Of a stretch of 64,000 bases of DNA, positions 30,321-39,803 are shown in pieces. The translations under genes were made by a program, and so were the position numbers. The DNA is from an uncultured Nitrososphaeraceae archaeon (GTDB taxonomy: Archaea; Thermoproteota; Nitrososphaeria; Nitrososphaerales; Nitrososphaeraceae). The notes beneath the pieces were generated by a model. That model made no database searches, was not told where the DNA came from, and saw nothing but the letters and a program-made list of their open reading frames with translations. The stretch's first letter is position 1. Each line of letters starts with the position of its first letter. Where the stretch lies: contig CAVXZB010000019.1 in assembly GCA_963765895.1 (NCBI GenBank), forward strand, positions 288,001 to 352,000, in the 5' to 3' direction.

Positions 30321-31448
30321 TTAGAGATCCTCTGCGTTTTTAGAAACAGCGCCGTTTCTTACCTTAATATCCATTCTGTTTATCAAATCCAGTAGATTTG
30401 TCTTATGGGAATTCAGGTAATCCTGTCCTTTATCTCTAAGACGTATTAAGAATAGCCTCAGGTCCCGATGTTCGTCAAAGAACTGTTCGACGATTATATT
30501 TCCATGAATCGCAGGATTAATTAACTGCTCAAAGCTCTCCATTGTTTGCTTGATGTCTCCTTTTTCTATCGCTTCCCTTGCTTTCGAGAGAATCATGCTG
30601 ATATCATGCAGCTGCTCTATAGGAGCGAGCATCTGTTGGTTTTTCCTTAAAAATCCGACTTTTTTTGTATAGCCGACCTTTTCTGCTATCTCTTTAGTAA
30701 GTTCATAATATTCTTCTTTTCCTCTGAATGGATAGGTTCTCTCCTTACGAACAACCAATCCCTTTGTAAGAAGTCTATTCATCGCGTCTTGGATTTCCTC
30801 CTTATCCATACTTGTTGTCCACACGATCTTGCCTACGTGATCATGGCCCTGTCGTACAGATTCCAAAACTACAACCTCTATTATACGTCTAAACCCATCT
30901 TCGTTCCTAGCATTCTGTAGGTCTCGATCACTTACTGCTTTTTTGGCATAGGTGATATCAATCTCGATGGAACGTTTTAGCGCCTCTAAACCATCATCAA
31001 CCCTTCCGCTAAGTATCAAGAAGCATGCTTCGTTGTACCAAGACATGGCATCTGTAGGATCGAAATCGATTGCCTTTTCGCATGCCTCAATTGCCTTTTC
31101 ATAATTCTTCATCTTATAGTACGTAAGCCCCTTTAGATTCCATGCCTCTGGGTTAGTGAGATCTATTTCAAGGGCCCTATCATATGATTGAATTGAAGCT
31201 TGGTACTGTTCCCGGTGAAAATGTGCATAACCTTTCTTTATCCACGCGTCCACATAGTTTGGATCTACTCGTAGTGCCAATTCAAAATTTCGAATGGCGT
31301 CTTCTAACTTATCGTTCGCCATCTGGCTCACGCCTCTTTTGTATAGCTCATTTTTTTGAAATTCGGAGTTATTATAAGAAGCACTGTTATCGTGATCAGA
31401 GGGCTGCAAAGTATTTTTAGGCTTCCTGCGAAGGAACGGGCCCATCAA
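30321..31448 (-). CDS. TPR-repeat protein with probable winged-helix and helical C-terminal regions
   Basis: Four TPR units (e.g. AWIKKG, AWNLKG, WYNEAC); AMNRLLTKGLVVR. Confidence 0.85.
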   Translation of the reverse strand: MMGPFLRRKPKNTLQPSDHDNSASYNNSEFQKNELYKRGVSQMANDKLEDAIRNFELALRVDPNYVDAWIKKGYAHFHREQYQASIQSYDRALEIDLTNPEAWNLKGLTYYKMKNYEKAIEACEKAIDFDPTDAMSWYNEACFLILSGRVDDGLEALKRSIEIDITYAKKAVSDRDLQNARNEDGFRRIIEVVVLESVRQGHDHVGKIVWTTSMDKEEIQDAMNRLLTKGLVVRKERTYPFRGKEEYYELTKEIAEKVGYTKKVGFLRKNQQMLAPIEQLHDISMILSKAREAIEKGDIKQTMESFEQLINPAIHGNIIVEQFFDEHRDLRLFLIRLRDKGQDYLNSHKTNLLDLINRMDIKVRNGAVSKNAEDL

Positions 31449-31596
31449 TATGGCTAATTCACATCGCAGATAAATAGATTTGGGCTAATCTACTGAATCG
31501 AAGATTCCTACTATAGGAAACTCCCACCTCACCAAAGGTCTCTTCGAAAATTGAACACTGCACGGGACTTAATAGACCTGAATTGCAGACTTGATA

Positions 31597-31779
31597 CTAT
31601 TGGAAGAAATGGACTGGAGAATAAAATCCAAAGATACTTGCAAATACTGGAACGTTTGAGAACGGAGCTAGGAATTTTGGGTGAGGAATGGATGTTAAAT
31701 AGATTAATACAGCCGGAACTGAAGAACAGACTAGAATTGTCAGAATGATTAACCAGACTGCTGTCATTTTTTCAACCAT
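31597..31779 (-). CDS. Small membrane or secreted hypothetical protein
   Basis: Hydrophobic N-terminal half; TTTATATA about 25 nt upstream of the ATG. Confidence 0.4.
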   Translation of the reverse strand: MVEKMTAVWLIILTILVCSSVPAVLIYLTSIPHPKFLAPFSNVPVFASIFGFYSPVHFFQ

Positions 31780-31871
31780 TAGCCAGATTTTCTTGATTAC
31801 ATATATAAATTTTCTATGATGACTATATTGGATATAGGATTATAAATGACTGAAGTAGAACCCTGCCCTAC

Positions 31872-33000
31872 ATGCGACTACTCGAACATGAGGGAAAGGA
31901 CCTGTTTAGGCAGTACGGGATCAAAGGTACCTCGATCCGCATTGGCTAATTCAGTCGACGAAGCGGTCCGATTTGCGACGGAAATTGGCTATCCTCTGAT
32001 TTTAAAACCACAGCTGACAGTAGGAGGCCGCGGAAAAGAGGGTGCTATTATAAAATGTAATACAGAGCAAGATATTGTAAACAAATTCGAGAACCTAATT
32101 CGTAATAAGATTAAGGGGGAGCTGCCTAGGGGGATACTTTTAGAGCAAGCCGTTGATATTAAAGAGGAATTATACGTTTCGTTCTTTCTGAATAGGAGTA
32201 AAAGATGCTTTTCTGTTATAGCTTCTCCTGAAGGTGGTGTAGAGATTGAGAGTACAGAAAACAAGATAGTAATGGATGTTCCTCTGGCCGGAATCGAAAG
32301 CGGAACTGCACAGAATATCACTGCCGAGCTTTCTATTAAAGAGCCTTTGAGAAACCCACTAGTAGATGTAATCTTGAGTTTATCAAAATTCGTTGTAGAA
32401 AAGGAGGTAGAGCTAGCCGAAATTAATCCTTTGGTGGTCCTATCAGACGGATCTGTGATCGCACTTGATTCTAAGGTAATTATTGACGATAACTCACTAT
32501 TTAGGCATCCAGAATTAATAAAATATGAACATCTTTCGGAGCAAGAGGCTCAGGCGCGAAGGAACGGTTTCTCGTTCGTAAAGTTAGACGGAAATATCGC
32601 AATCGTGGGAAACGGCGCCGGTCTGGTTATGTCAACTCTTGATATGGTATCAGATCGAGGCGGCAAGGCCGGTGCATTCCTAGATTTCGGGGGAAGTGCT
32701 ACTAGAGATTCTATATACGAAGCTCTTAAATTAATCGACGGACTTCCACAGATAAAAGTTATACTAATAAATCTATTTGGGGGCATAGTGAAAACTAGCC
32801 TAGTAGCGCAGGCTATCTTTGATGGATATAAGGAAGGCGTTATTTCAGTGCCCCTCTTTGCCAGGATATCTGGATCGGAGTCTGATAAGGCTAGAGAGAT
32901 CCTCCGCGAAGGAAAGGCTAGAATGTTTGATTCAGTAGAAGATTCGATATCCGCAGCACTTGATGCTATTAGCCCTAAGGAGAGAAATATCCATGGATAG
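31872..33000 (+). CDS. sucC: Succinyl-CoA synthetase beta subunit (+1 frameshift near 31925)
   Basis: True N-terminus MRLLEHEGKDLFRQYGI at 31872; GGRGK, EINPL, GNGAGL, FLDFGG, NLFGGI. Confidence 0.93.
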
Positions 33001-33907
33001 GTTTGATTTAATGAAAATATTAATAGGAACCCCTGATGACACGGATTATCAGAATAAGGATGTAATTATCCAAGGCATCACCGGTAGCTTTGGTTCGACG
33101 CATACTAGACTTATGAAGGGCTATGGTACTAACATAACTGCTGGAGTCACTCCAGGAAAGGGAGGTAGTACGTTTGATGGAATTCCAGTGTTTGATAATA
33201 TGAAGGACGCAGTGGCGTCGACTGGTTCAATAATTACTGGGATTTTTGTTCCGGCCCCATCATTTCTTTCTGCTGGAAAAGAGGCATTGGAATGCGGGAT
33301 TAAACTCATTGTGGCGATTCCGGAACACGTTCCTGTTCGTGACTCAATAGAGCTATATGAGCTAGCAAGAAAAAATAATGCAAGAATACTTGGTCCAAAT
33401 ACACCAGGAGTGATTCTGCCCAATATAATGAAGATTGGCATCATGCCAGGACAACCATTTACTAAAGGCAATACCGTTGTATTATCAAGAAGCGGAACTC
33501 TGATGTATGAGGTATCGTACATTCTCTCAAAGGCTGGCTATGGCCAACGACTATGTTTCGGCATCGGAGGCGATCCTATAAATGGGACCAATCTTATCGA
33601 AGCAGTAGACATGGTTCGACACTACGATGATATTGATTCAGTGGTTATGGTAGGTGAAATCGGTGGCGATGCAGAAGAACAATTTGCCGAACATTTATTG
33701 AAAATTGGATTTAACAAGCCTGTAATAGCTTATATCGCGGGTAGATCTGCGCCAAAAGAAAAGACAATGGGACATGCAGGCGCGATAGTTTACGGGAATT
33801 ACGGCTCAGCAGAATCTAAATTTTCAAGCCTAAAGGAGGCGCATATTCCTGTTGCCAAAAGCCCGGCCGAAGTCCCAAGCCTACTTCGCGAAGAGCTCAG
33901 GCGATAG
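32993..33907 (+). CDS. sucD: Succinyl-CoA synthetase alpha subunit
   Basis: QGITG, GVTPGKGG, GPNTPG, SRSGTL, GEIGG, MGHAGA. Confidence 0.95.
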   Translation: MDRFDLMKILIGTPDDTDYQNKDVIIQGITGSFGSTHTRLMKGYGTNITAGVTPGKGGSTFDGIPVFDNMKDAVASTGSIITGIFVPAPSFLSAGKEALECGIKLIVAIPEHVPVRDSIELYELARKNNARILGPNTPGVILPNIMKIGIMPGQPFTKGNTVVLSRSGTLMYEVSYILSKAGYGQRLCFGIGGDPINGTNLIEAVDMVRHYDDIDSVVMVGEIGGDAEEQFAEHLLKIGFNKPVIAYIAGRSAPKEKTMGHAGAIVYGNYGSAESKFSSLKEAHIPVAKSPAEVPSLLREELRR

Positions 33908-33924
33908 ATAATTGAATCTAATCT

Positions 33925-34002
33925 GGGCATGTCCCCTGCCTAGGCTGCAACTGGTGCCAGTTCGAGGATCCAACCCGCCTTCCTTGAGTCCAAGACATGC
34001 AG
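33925..34002 (-). ncRNA. Candidate structured small RNA (unassigned)
   Basis: 46/76 GC intergenic segment closed by GCATGTC/GACATGC with an internal AACTG/CAGTT hairpin; G-U extensions favour the minus strand. Confidence 0.35.
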
Positions 34003-34026
34003 AATAATTAGATAGCCTTGGCATAA

Positions 34027-34200
34027 ATGTCCTCTGAGATTAGATTCTGTGATAAATGTTTGTCAAAGACTTTACACCAAATCCTGGAAGATCCAGATAT
34101 ATTGTACACGTATAAACGAAAACGTTTATACCGATGCATTCAATGCGGCAATCGAAGCCTCAAGCGGTCCTTAAGGCCGTCAGCTGAATCGGTGTATTGA
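34027..34200 (+). CDS. 57-aa basic zinc-ribbon protein
   Basis: MSSEIRFCDKC...RLYRCIQCG...; CxxC-x-CxxC; below the ORF-track cutoff. Confidence 0.65.
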   Translation: MSSEIRFCDKCLSKTLHQILEDPDILYTYKRKRLYRCIQCGNRSLKRSLRPSAESVY

Positions 34201-34333
34201 TCTATAAGAATTTTTTCCGATCTCTGACTACCGTAATAATCTCTTGTTATAAGGATTCATCAAGACAATTTTAGTTGAGTTGATCTGTGTGATCGGTGTT
34301 AGGCCTTATATCCGGTTATTACTAAATTATGAT

Positions 34334-34897
34334 ATGAGAAGATTCATGGTCTATCTTTTTAACGATAAATTTACTCCGCATGATGCCAGAGCGGTGTTGA
34401 AGCAGGCTCGCGATATGGCTATCGATTCTGGTATCATCGTGCGAGATGTCAGAGTAGCGACTGATTTTTTGGAGATCGACATGAGTCTGTCGGATGATAT
34501 TCAATTGGAAGACGCGCTGTCCTTACTTAATCCGATTAGCCCACTTGTAGAATATCAAATAGTGGAAGACAAATATATGGAAAAAGAAGTTTCAATTGAA
34601 TACGCAAGAGATCTCTTTAACTCGCAAAAATATTGGAGAACTCACGAGGTACTCGAAGCAATATGGAAGAATTCAGAAAATACTGAAAAACTAATTCTTA
34701 ACTCGATTATTCTGATTTGTGCAGCTCTTGTGCATTATCAGAAAAATGAAATTGATGTATGTATCTCAATTCTGAGAAGGGCTTTACTCAAGCTTGATAA
34801 GATTGAGGGCAGGTACTTTGGAATTGATTTAGATAATATTAAAGCTAAGGTATCGAAGATAATTAAGACAGGAGTTGTAGAAAAACTTACCATTTAA
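34334..34897 (+). CDS. DUF309 domain protein
   Basis: LFN..KYWRTHEVLEAIW, I..CAALVH. Confidence 0.85.
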   Translation: MRRFMVYLFNDKFTPHDARAVLKQARDMAIDSGIIVRDVRVATDFLEIDMSLSDDIQLEDALSLLNPISPLVEYQIVEDKYMEKEVSIEYARDLFNSQKYWRTHEVLEAIWKNSENTEKLILNSIILICAALVHYQKNEIDVCISILRRALLKLDKIEGRYFGIDLDNIKAKVSKIIKTGVVEKLTI

Positions 34898-35085
34898 TCA
34901 GAAAATAAAGGTAGAAATCAGACCGCGGTAAATGTTACTTTAGTGTCAGGGGCCACTGCGTTTAAATCTGATCCTATAAATCAATCCGCTTGGTGAAGAT
35001 TACCTTAATCACATGTGGTAATACATTTATCAATTTTCAATCAAAATCCAAGACGTAATAAATAAAGGTAAGCTGTTATCAAGTC

Positions 35086-36789
35086 ATGATAGGCATGGCT
35101 ATGGAACTAAAGGTTCATCCGTCATTTTTTAGGGAGTTTGCGACTAAGACTTGGGTTTCCCCAAATGAGATAGTTAAAGAGCTTGTAGAAAACGCCTTTG
35201 ACGAAGATGCGACAAAGGTCCTACTCACTATTTTAATCAATGGATCCGTAATTATAGAGGATGACGCAGGAATGAATAAGTTTTCTATGGAAAAATTCTT
35301 GCTATTAGGTTCACCGCACAAGAAGTATGACCATATATCCCCAAAGTTTAAAAGAGTCAGAACTGGCAGATATGGAACCGGTAGACTATCTTTTCTGACA
35401 TCGTTTGAAAAAATGAAAATTAGAACGAAAAATGATGATTTTATCAAGTCCATAGTGATAGATGCTGACACTCTTGACAAACTGTACAGCGGCAATGTGG
35501 CATTACCCGAAGAATCTGACTCTCCTCTGATGAGGAATGGTACTGAACTTTATCTAAGCAACCCAAAGGTTGCGATAGACAGCAATAAATTAATAAAAGA
35601 AATTAGAAAGCTCGCAATACTTAGACATCCAATGTTTGAAGTTTTTTTTAAGCTATCTGAAAAGTTTGAAGAGTGGAATTTCCAGGATGCACAGGTGATC
35701 AGGCCACCAGAAATTCAGGGACATCGAATTCCAGTAAACCTGGACGATGGTAGAATAACCGGTGAAATAGTTATTGCCAGAAGGCCCTTGTCTGATGATG
35801 AGAGAGGAATTGCCATAATGGTCGGAAGTCATATAGTAACTCGAAGTAATTTTGGCTTCGAGGCTAAGCTAAATAGAGTATCAGGATATATAAGGTGCGA
35901 CTCGTTAACGTCTAGATTTGCTGATAAATCAGCACTCATAGAAGACGCCGAATATTCAAAATTTATGGATATAATGAAGTCATTTGTCGACTCGACTGTT
36001 CTACCAAGCTTAAGTCAGTATGAAGATGTGTTAATTACTCGCGAAGAATCACGAATTTATAAGGAAATTGACAAGGTATTGGGGCAGGCCTTAATTGAGA
36101 GTTCCGAGACACAGGAGGAAATAGAAGAATTGAGTACCATTGACGTTACCGAGGTGGTAAAATCCGACAAGTCTAAGGATCATCGGGGTAATTCCAACGA
36201 AGATGCTGTTATTGATTCAGAAATGGCGATACCAGTAACTGAATCCCATGTTAAATTGGATCAATCTTCAGCCGATCTAGTTCATAGTAATATCGCTATT
36301 CCGGCGGATCGGTCTATCGTCCGCGATGAACCGGAGACCCAGATCACTCAATCTCCAAGCACTACCGGATCAACTAATTTGACTGGCGGTGGAAATAATG
36401 ATAGACCTTACGATACCGGCAACTCATACCCCCAGCTGAACAGTAGATTTGACGACACCTCGCTAAAAGTTAGGAAAATCCGAACACCAGTTGTAAAAAG
36501 AACGTTCGCCCTGAAAAAAGTGGGTTACAAGGTCATTCCATATGAAGATGGCAGCGATTCACGTTATAGTTTTACTAGCGAAAATGTGGTATTTGTCAAC
36601 AAAGCAAATTCTACATACAAAGCGGAGGCGAACAGAGGAGACGAATTCTTGTTAAGACATATTATTAATTTGGTTGCCGAAGCTGTGGCACAAACAAAAC
36701 ATCCGGAAGGAAAGGATGCACTAGAACTTCAAAACCGTCTGATAGCCGAAGCGATAAGAATACACGACGGCTCTATAAATAGAAAGTGA
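35086..36789 (+). CDS. GHKL (MORC/Hsp90/MutL-like) ATPase
   Basis: KELVENAFDEDA, EDDAGM, GRYGTGRLS, GTEL; acidic linker; C-terminal VFVN domain. Confidence 0.85.
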   Translation: MIGMAMELKVHPSFFREFATKTWVSPNEIVKELVENAFDEDATKVLLTILINGSVIIEDDAGMNKFSMEKFLLLGSPHKKYDHISPKFKRVRTGRYGTGRLSFLTSFEKMKIRTKNDDFIKSIVIDADTLDKLYSGNVALPEESDSPLMRNGTELYLSNPKVAIDSNKLIKEIRKLAILRHPMFEVFFKLSEKFEEWNFQDAQVIRPPEIQGHRIPVNLDDGRITGEIVIARRPLSDDERGIAIMVGSHIVTRSNFGFEAKLNRVSGYIRCDSLTSRFADKSALIEDAEYSKFMDIMKSFVDSTVLPSLSQYEDVLITREESRIYKEIDKVLGQALIESSETQEEIEELSTIDVTEVVKSDKSKDHRGNSNEDAVIDSEMAIPVTESHVKLDQSSADLVHSNIAIPADRSIVRDEPETQITQSPSTTGSTNLTGGGNNDRPYDTGNSYPQLNSRFDDTSLKVRKIRTPVVKRTFALKKVGYKVIPYEDGSDSRYSFTSENVVFVNKANSTYKAEANRGDEFLLRHIINLVAEAVAQTKHPEGKDALELQNRLIAEAIRIHDGSINRK

Positions 36790-36954
36790 GAAATTTGAGG
36801 CCAGATCCTGTTTTGATATTTTGAATTCGATCCAGAGATTAGCAGACCGTCATAGCGAAGTAACACGCTTGCTTAATCTAGAATAACCAACTTGAGATGA
36901 CTATTTAATAGAAACGACTAAATCTAACCTGTATAAGATATATCATGAAAATCT

Positions 36955-37551
36955 ATGGCGTTTCAATTTATGCCTGGTGCAACCGCCGTTGGAATCACTT
37001 TTTCTGAAGGTGTGGTACTGGCCGCAGAAAAACGTGTTTCATACGGAAATTTTGTGATAAACAAGAATACAAAGAAAACTTTTCTGATAACAGAATATGT
37101 TGGGGCTGCTTGCGCTGGAATGATCGCTGACATGCAAGTACTGGTCAGGCAAGTCGAAGCTTTGGCGAAAATAAGAAAACTCGAAACTCGACGCAATGTG
37201 GCGCCAAATTCCATTGCAAAACTAATGTCTGTGATAATGTTCGAGCGAAGATTTTTTCCGTTATTGACACAAGTGATTGTAGGTGGTATTATAGATAAAC
37301 CCAGCATATATACTCTGGATCCCGTTGGCTCGGTTCTGCCCGATGATTACGCAGCAGTTGGAACAGGAGCAGAAATGGCTTTAGGAGTGTTAGATTCAGA
37401 ATTTAAAAAACACAATACTCAGGAGAAAGCTCGAGAATTAGCAATCAAGGCAATCAAATCATCTATTCAACGAGATTCAGCTAGTGGCGACGGCTTAGAT
37501 GTCATTGTTACTACAAGTAGCGGACATACAGAGGAAACGATGAGTTTCTAG
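36955..37551 (+). CDS. psmB: Proteasome beta subunit (Ala at the Thr1 position)
   Basis: GATAVGI, AAEKRVS, AGMIADMQ, GTGA, RDSASGDG. Confidence 0.93.
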   Translation: MAFQFMPGATAVGITFSEGVVLAAEKRVSYGNFVINKNTKKTFLITEYVGAACAGMIADMQVLVRQVEALAKIRKLETRRNVAPNSIAKLMSVIMFERRFFPLLTQVIVGGIIDKPSIYTLDPVGSVLPDDYAAVGTGAEMALGVLDSEFKKHNTQEKARELAIKAIKSSIQRDSASGDGLDVIVTTSSGHTEETMSF

Positions 37552-37659
37552 CGAGTCATCTGAGACAAGCGTCAGCCTTGCAAGCTGTTAGGACCAAAAA
37601 AAGCCACGATGTGATCAGAAAAATAAATATGCATGAAATGAGCATACTTTTTTGGTAGA

Positions 37660-37743
37660 ATGTCTGAACCTGTAAGTGAAGAAGTGCAACAAGAATTTGA
37701 AGATGACTTGGATGAGGATATTGATGATGAAGAGAACCTGTAA
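37660..37743 (+). CDS. Possible 27-aa acidic peptide
   Basis: MSEPVSEEVQQEFEDDLDEDIDDEENL; AT-rich box upstream. Confidence 0.35.
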   Translation: MSEPVSEEVQQEFEDDLDEDIDDEENL

Positions 37744-38114
37744 TTTATAACTAGTATCTTCAATTAATAACTTTTTCCATGATACCCGCAGTTCATTTGT
37801 TGTCAGGGATTTCCTTTTTCAACCATCCAAAATCTGTATAAAAATTGATGAAATGTTAGTGCTTGTAGTCACTTAATATGTCCCTGTACCTTGGATCTTT
37901 ATATGAAATATACTTCACGTACTCGCCATAAGTCATATTAAAAGGACAACTTTTACATCGAACAAATGAAAAATCATCTGACAATTCGGCTATTTTCTTA
38001 CAATCTGGACAATGAATCTTCAATAACAGCTATAAGTCGAACAATAATAAAATTCTAACTAATTTCATAATTTGTATTTCTCTTCAGCCAATATGAAAAA
38101 AGCTACTTGATGAG

Positions 38115-38276
38115 CTATACGGCCTTTACCTGCTTTACTATTGGTTGACGTGATTTTCTAAAGACGCGAAAACCACAGATGCATTTAATTTCAGGTAACC
38201 TTGAAAGCTCTTCAACAGAAACTGACATGCCACATCTCATACAATCATAAATTACGTCTCCAAGATCTTCAGCCAT
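38115..38276 (-). CDS. rpo12: RNA polymerase subunit Rpo12 (RpoP)
   Basis: YDCMRCG...IKCICGFRVFRKSRQPIVKQVKAV, 53 aa; missed by the ORF track. Confidence 0.92.
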   Translation of the reverse strand: MAEDLGDVIYDCMRCGMSVSVEELSRLPEIKCICGFRVFRKSRQPIVKQVKAV

Positions 38277-38519
38277 TAATAATAAGAATCAGCTTAAAGT
38301 GAATTTAAAGATTGTGAATTCAATTTGTATTATTTCATCAAGAACCTACATTTGTGGATAGTTATTGTATAGGATTAAATACGAATGTACCTTTAGGCTG
38401 AATAAAATATAGAAATCCATAAGTAGCCACTTTAGATCTAGTCAACAAATGAATAGTTGATCTTTGTAATTAAGAACTTTAGGAATTAGAACATCATACG
38501 AGAATTTAAGCAGGAAAGG

Positions 38520-39737
38520 TCAGGTTTGCCTCTTTTTTCTAGCTGAGACAATTGAGAGAATGTCTCGGTCCTTCAAATGGTAAGAGGTAGGCAGTCTCAA
38601 GCCGTCTCGAACATCTATCGCATAGAGCAAGCCTTTGGCAAGATCAGTATGAATATCTTCTGCCAAATCCTTTACTGTGGATCCAGTTTTCATTAAATAG
38701 ACATCAGGCAAAACATTTCCAGACCGATCAGACATTTTCGTGGGGTCTGCAACAGGATAAACAGTATTCATTCTTAATAACTTAAATACCGCCACGTTTA
38801 TGGCAAACTGGACCCCTGTTCGCATGTATTCATTTAGTACGTCTTTTCGAATGAAATTAAGGGCCCATTTTTGTTTGTCATTCAAACTTGATTGGTTGGT
38901 CATTTCAAATCGTTCATCACCTGGGAGATACTTTATAAGTCCGCGAGCTTGAGCACGGCGGAGTGTAAGTTCAGCGTCTGCACTTGTTGGAACTATAATC
39001 GAGTCCTTGTACTCCTCTCGCAACCTTCTAAAATTTTCTGTTGCAATTGGAAGATCCACCTTGTTAGCCACAATGAGTGTCGGCTTTGAAATCTCTCTCA
39101 AACTCCAACAAAAATTTCTCCGATTTTCTGGATTGAAATCATCAAATTTTATATTCTGAAGTTCGTTCACTCTAAGGGCATATTTGACGTGATCTTCCCT
39201 AACGCCAATCCCCCTAAAAATCTCGGTGATCGACGAAACTACATCATTAGAAGAATTTACTGATCTTGAAATTTTGTCATAGTTTCCTTCGAGTAATTTC
39301 AGGTACCACATTATAACTTCTTCTTCAATATCTGCAATATCAGCAACTGGGTCTCCTGTTCCAGCTTCAGCGATCTTACCGGAGGCGTCAATACTACCTG
39401 AGGCATCTACAATATGAAGGAGGGCATCTGATTGAGCTGCTATAGACAAAAATTGGTTCCCAAGACCTTTACCCTCCCATGCACCTTTAATAAGTCCAGG
39501 CAAATCGACGAGTTCTATGGGGATAAACCTCCAACCGTCAATACATTTTGAATTTCGCGGCGAGTCAAGCACTCCTAGCTCCTTATGAACACATAATGTT
39601 ATGGCACTAGCGTTACCCACATTAGGTTGTTTGGTTACGAATGGGTAGTTGGATATTTCAGCTGATCCCAGTGTAGCTGCGTTAAAAAAAGTCGTCTTGC
39701 CAGTATTAGTTTTACCAATCAAACCAATCTTTATCAT
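38520..39737 (-). CDS. ychF: YchF/Obg-family ATPase/GTPase with TGS domain
   Basis: GKTNTGKTT, NYPFVT, DLPGL..GA..GKGLGNQFL, ANKVD. Confidence 0.92.
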   Translation of the reverse strand: MIKIGLIGKTNTGKTTFFNAATLGSAEISNYPFVTKQPNVGNASAITLCVHKELGVLDSPRNSKCIDGWRFIPIELVDLPGLIKGAWEGKGLGNQFLSIAAQSDALLHIVDASGSIDASGKIAEAGTGDPVADIADIEEEVIMWYLKLLEGNYDKISRSVNSSNDVVSSITEIFRGIGVREDHVKYALRVNELQNIKFDDFNPENRRNFCWSLREISKPTLIVANKVDLPIATENFRRLREEYKDSIIVPTSADAELTLRRAQARGLIKYLPGDERFEMTNQSSLNDKQKWALNFIRKDVLNEYMRTGVQFAINVAVFKLLRMNTVYPVADPTKMSDRSGNVLPDVYLMKTGSTVKDLAEDIHTDLAKGLLYAIDVRDGLRLPTSYHLKDRDILSIVSARKKRQT

Positions 39738-39803
39738 GAACCTTCCCCATTGACTTGAGCTTATAAATATATTCTTCCGGTTGATTATATTAACACAACA
39801 GCA

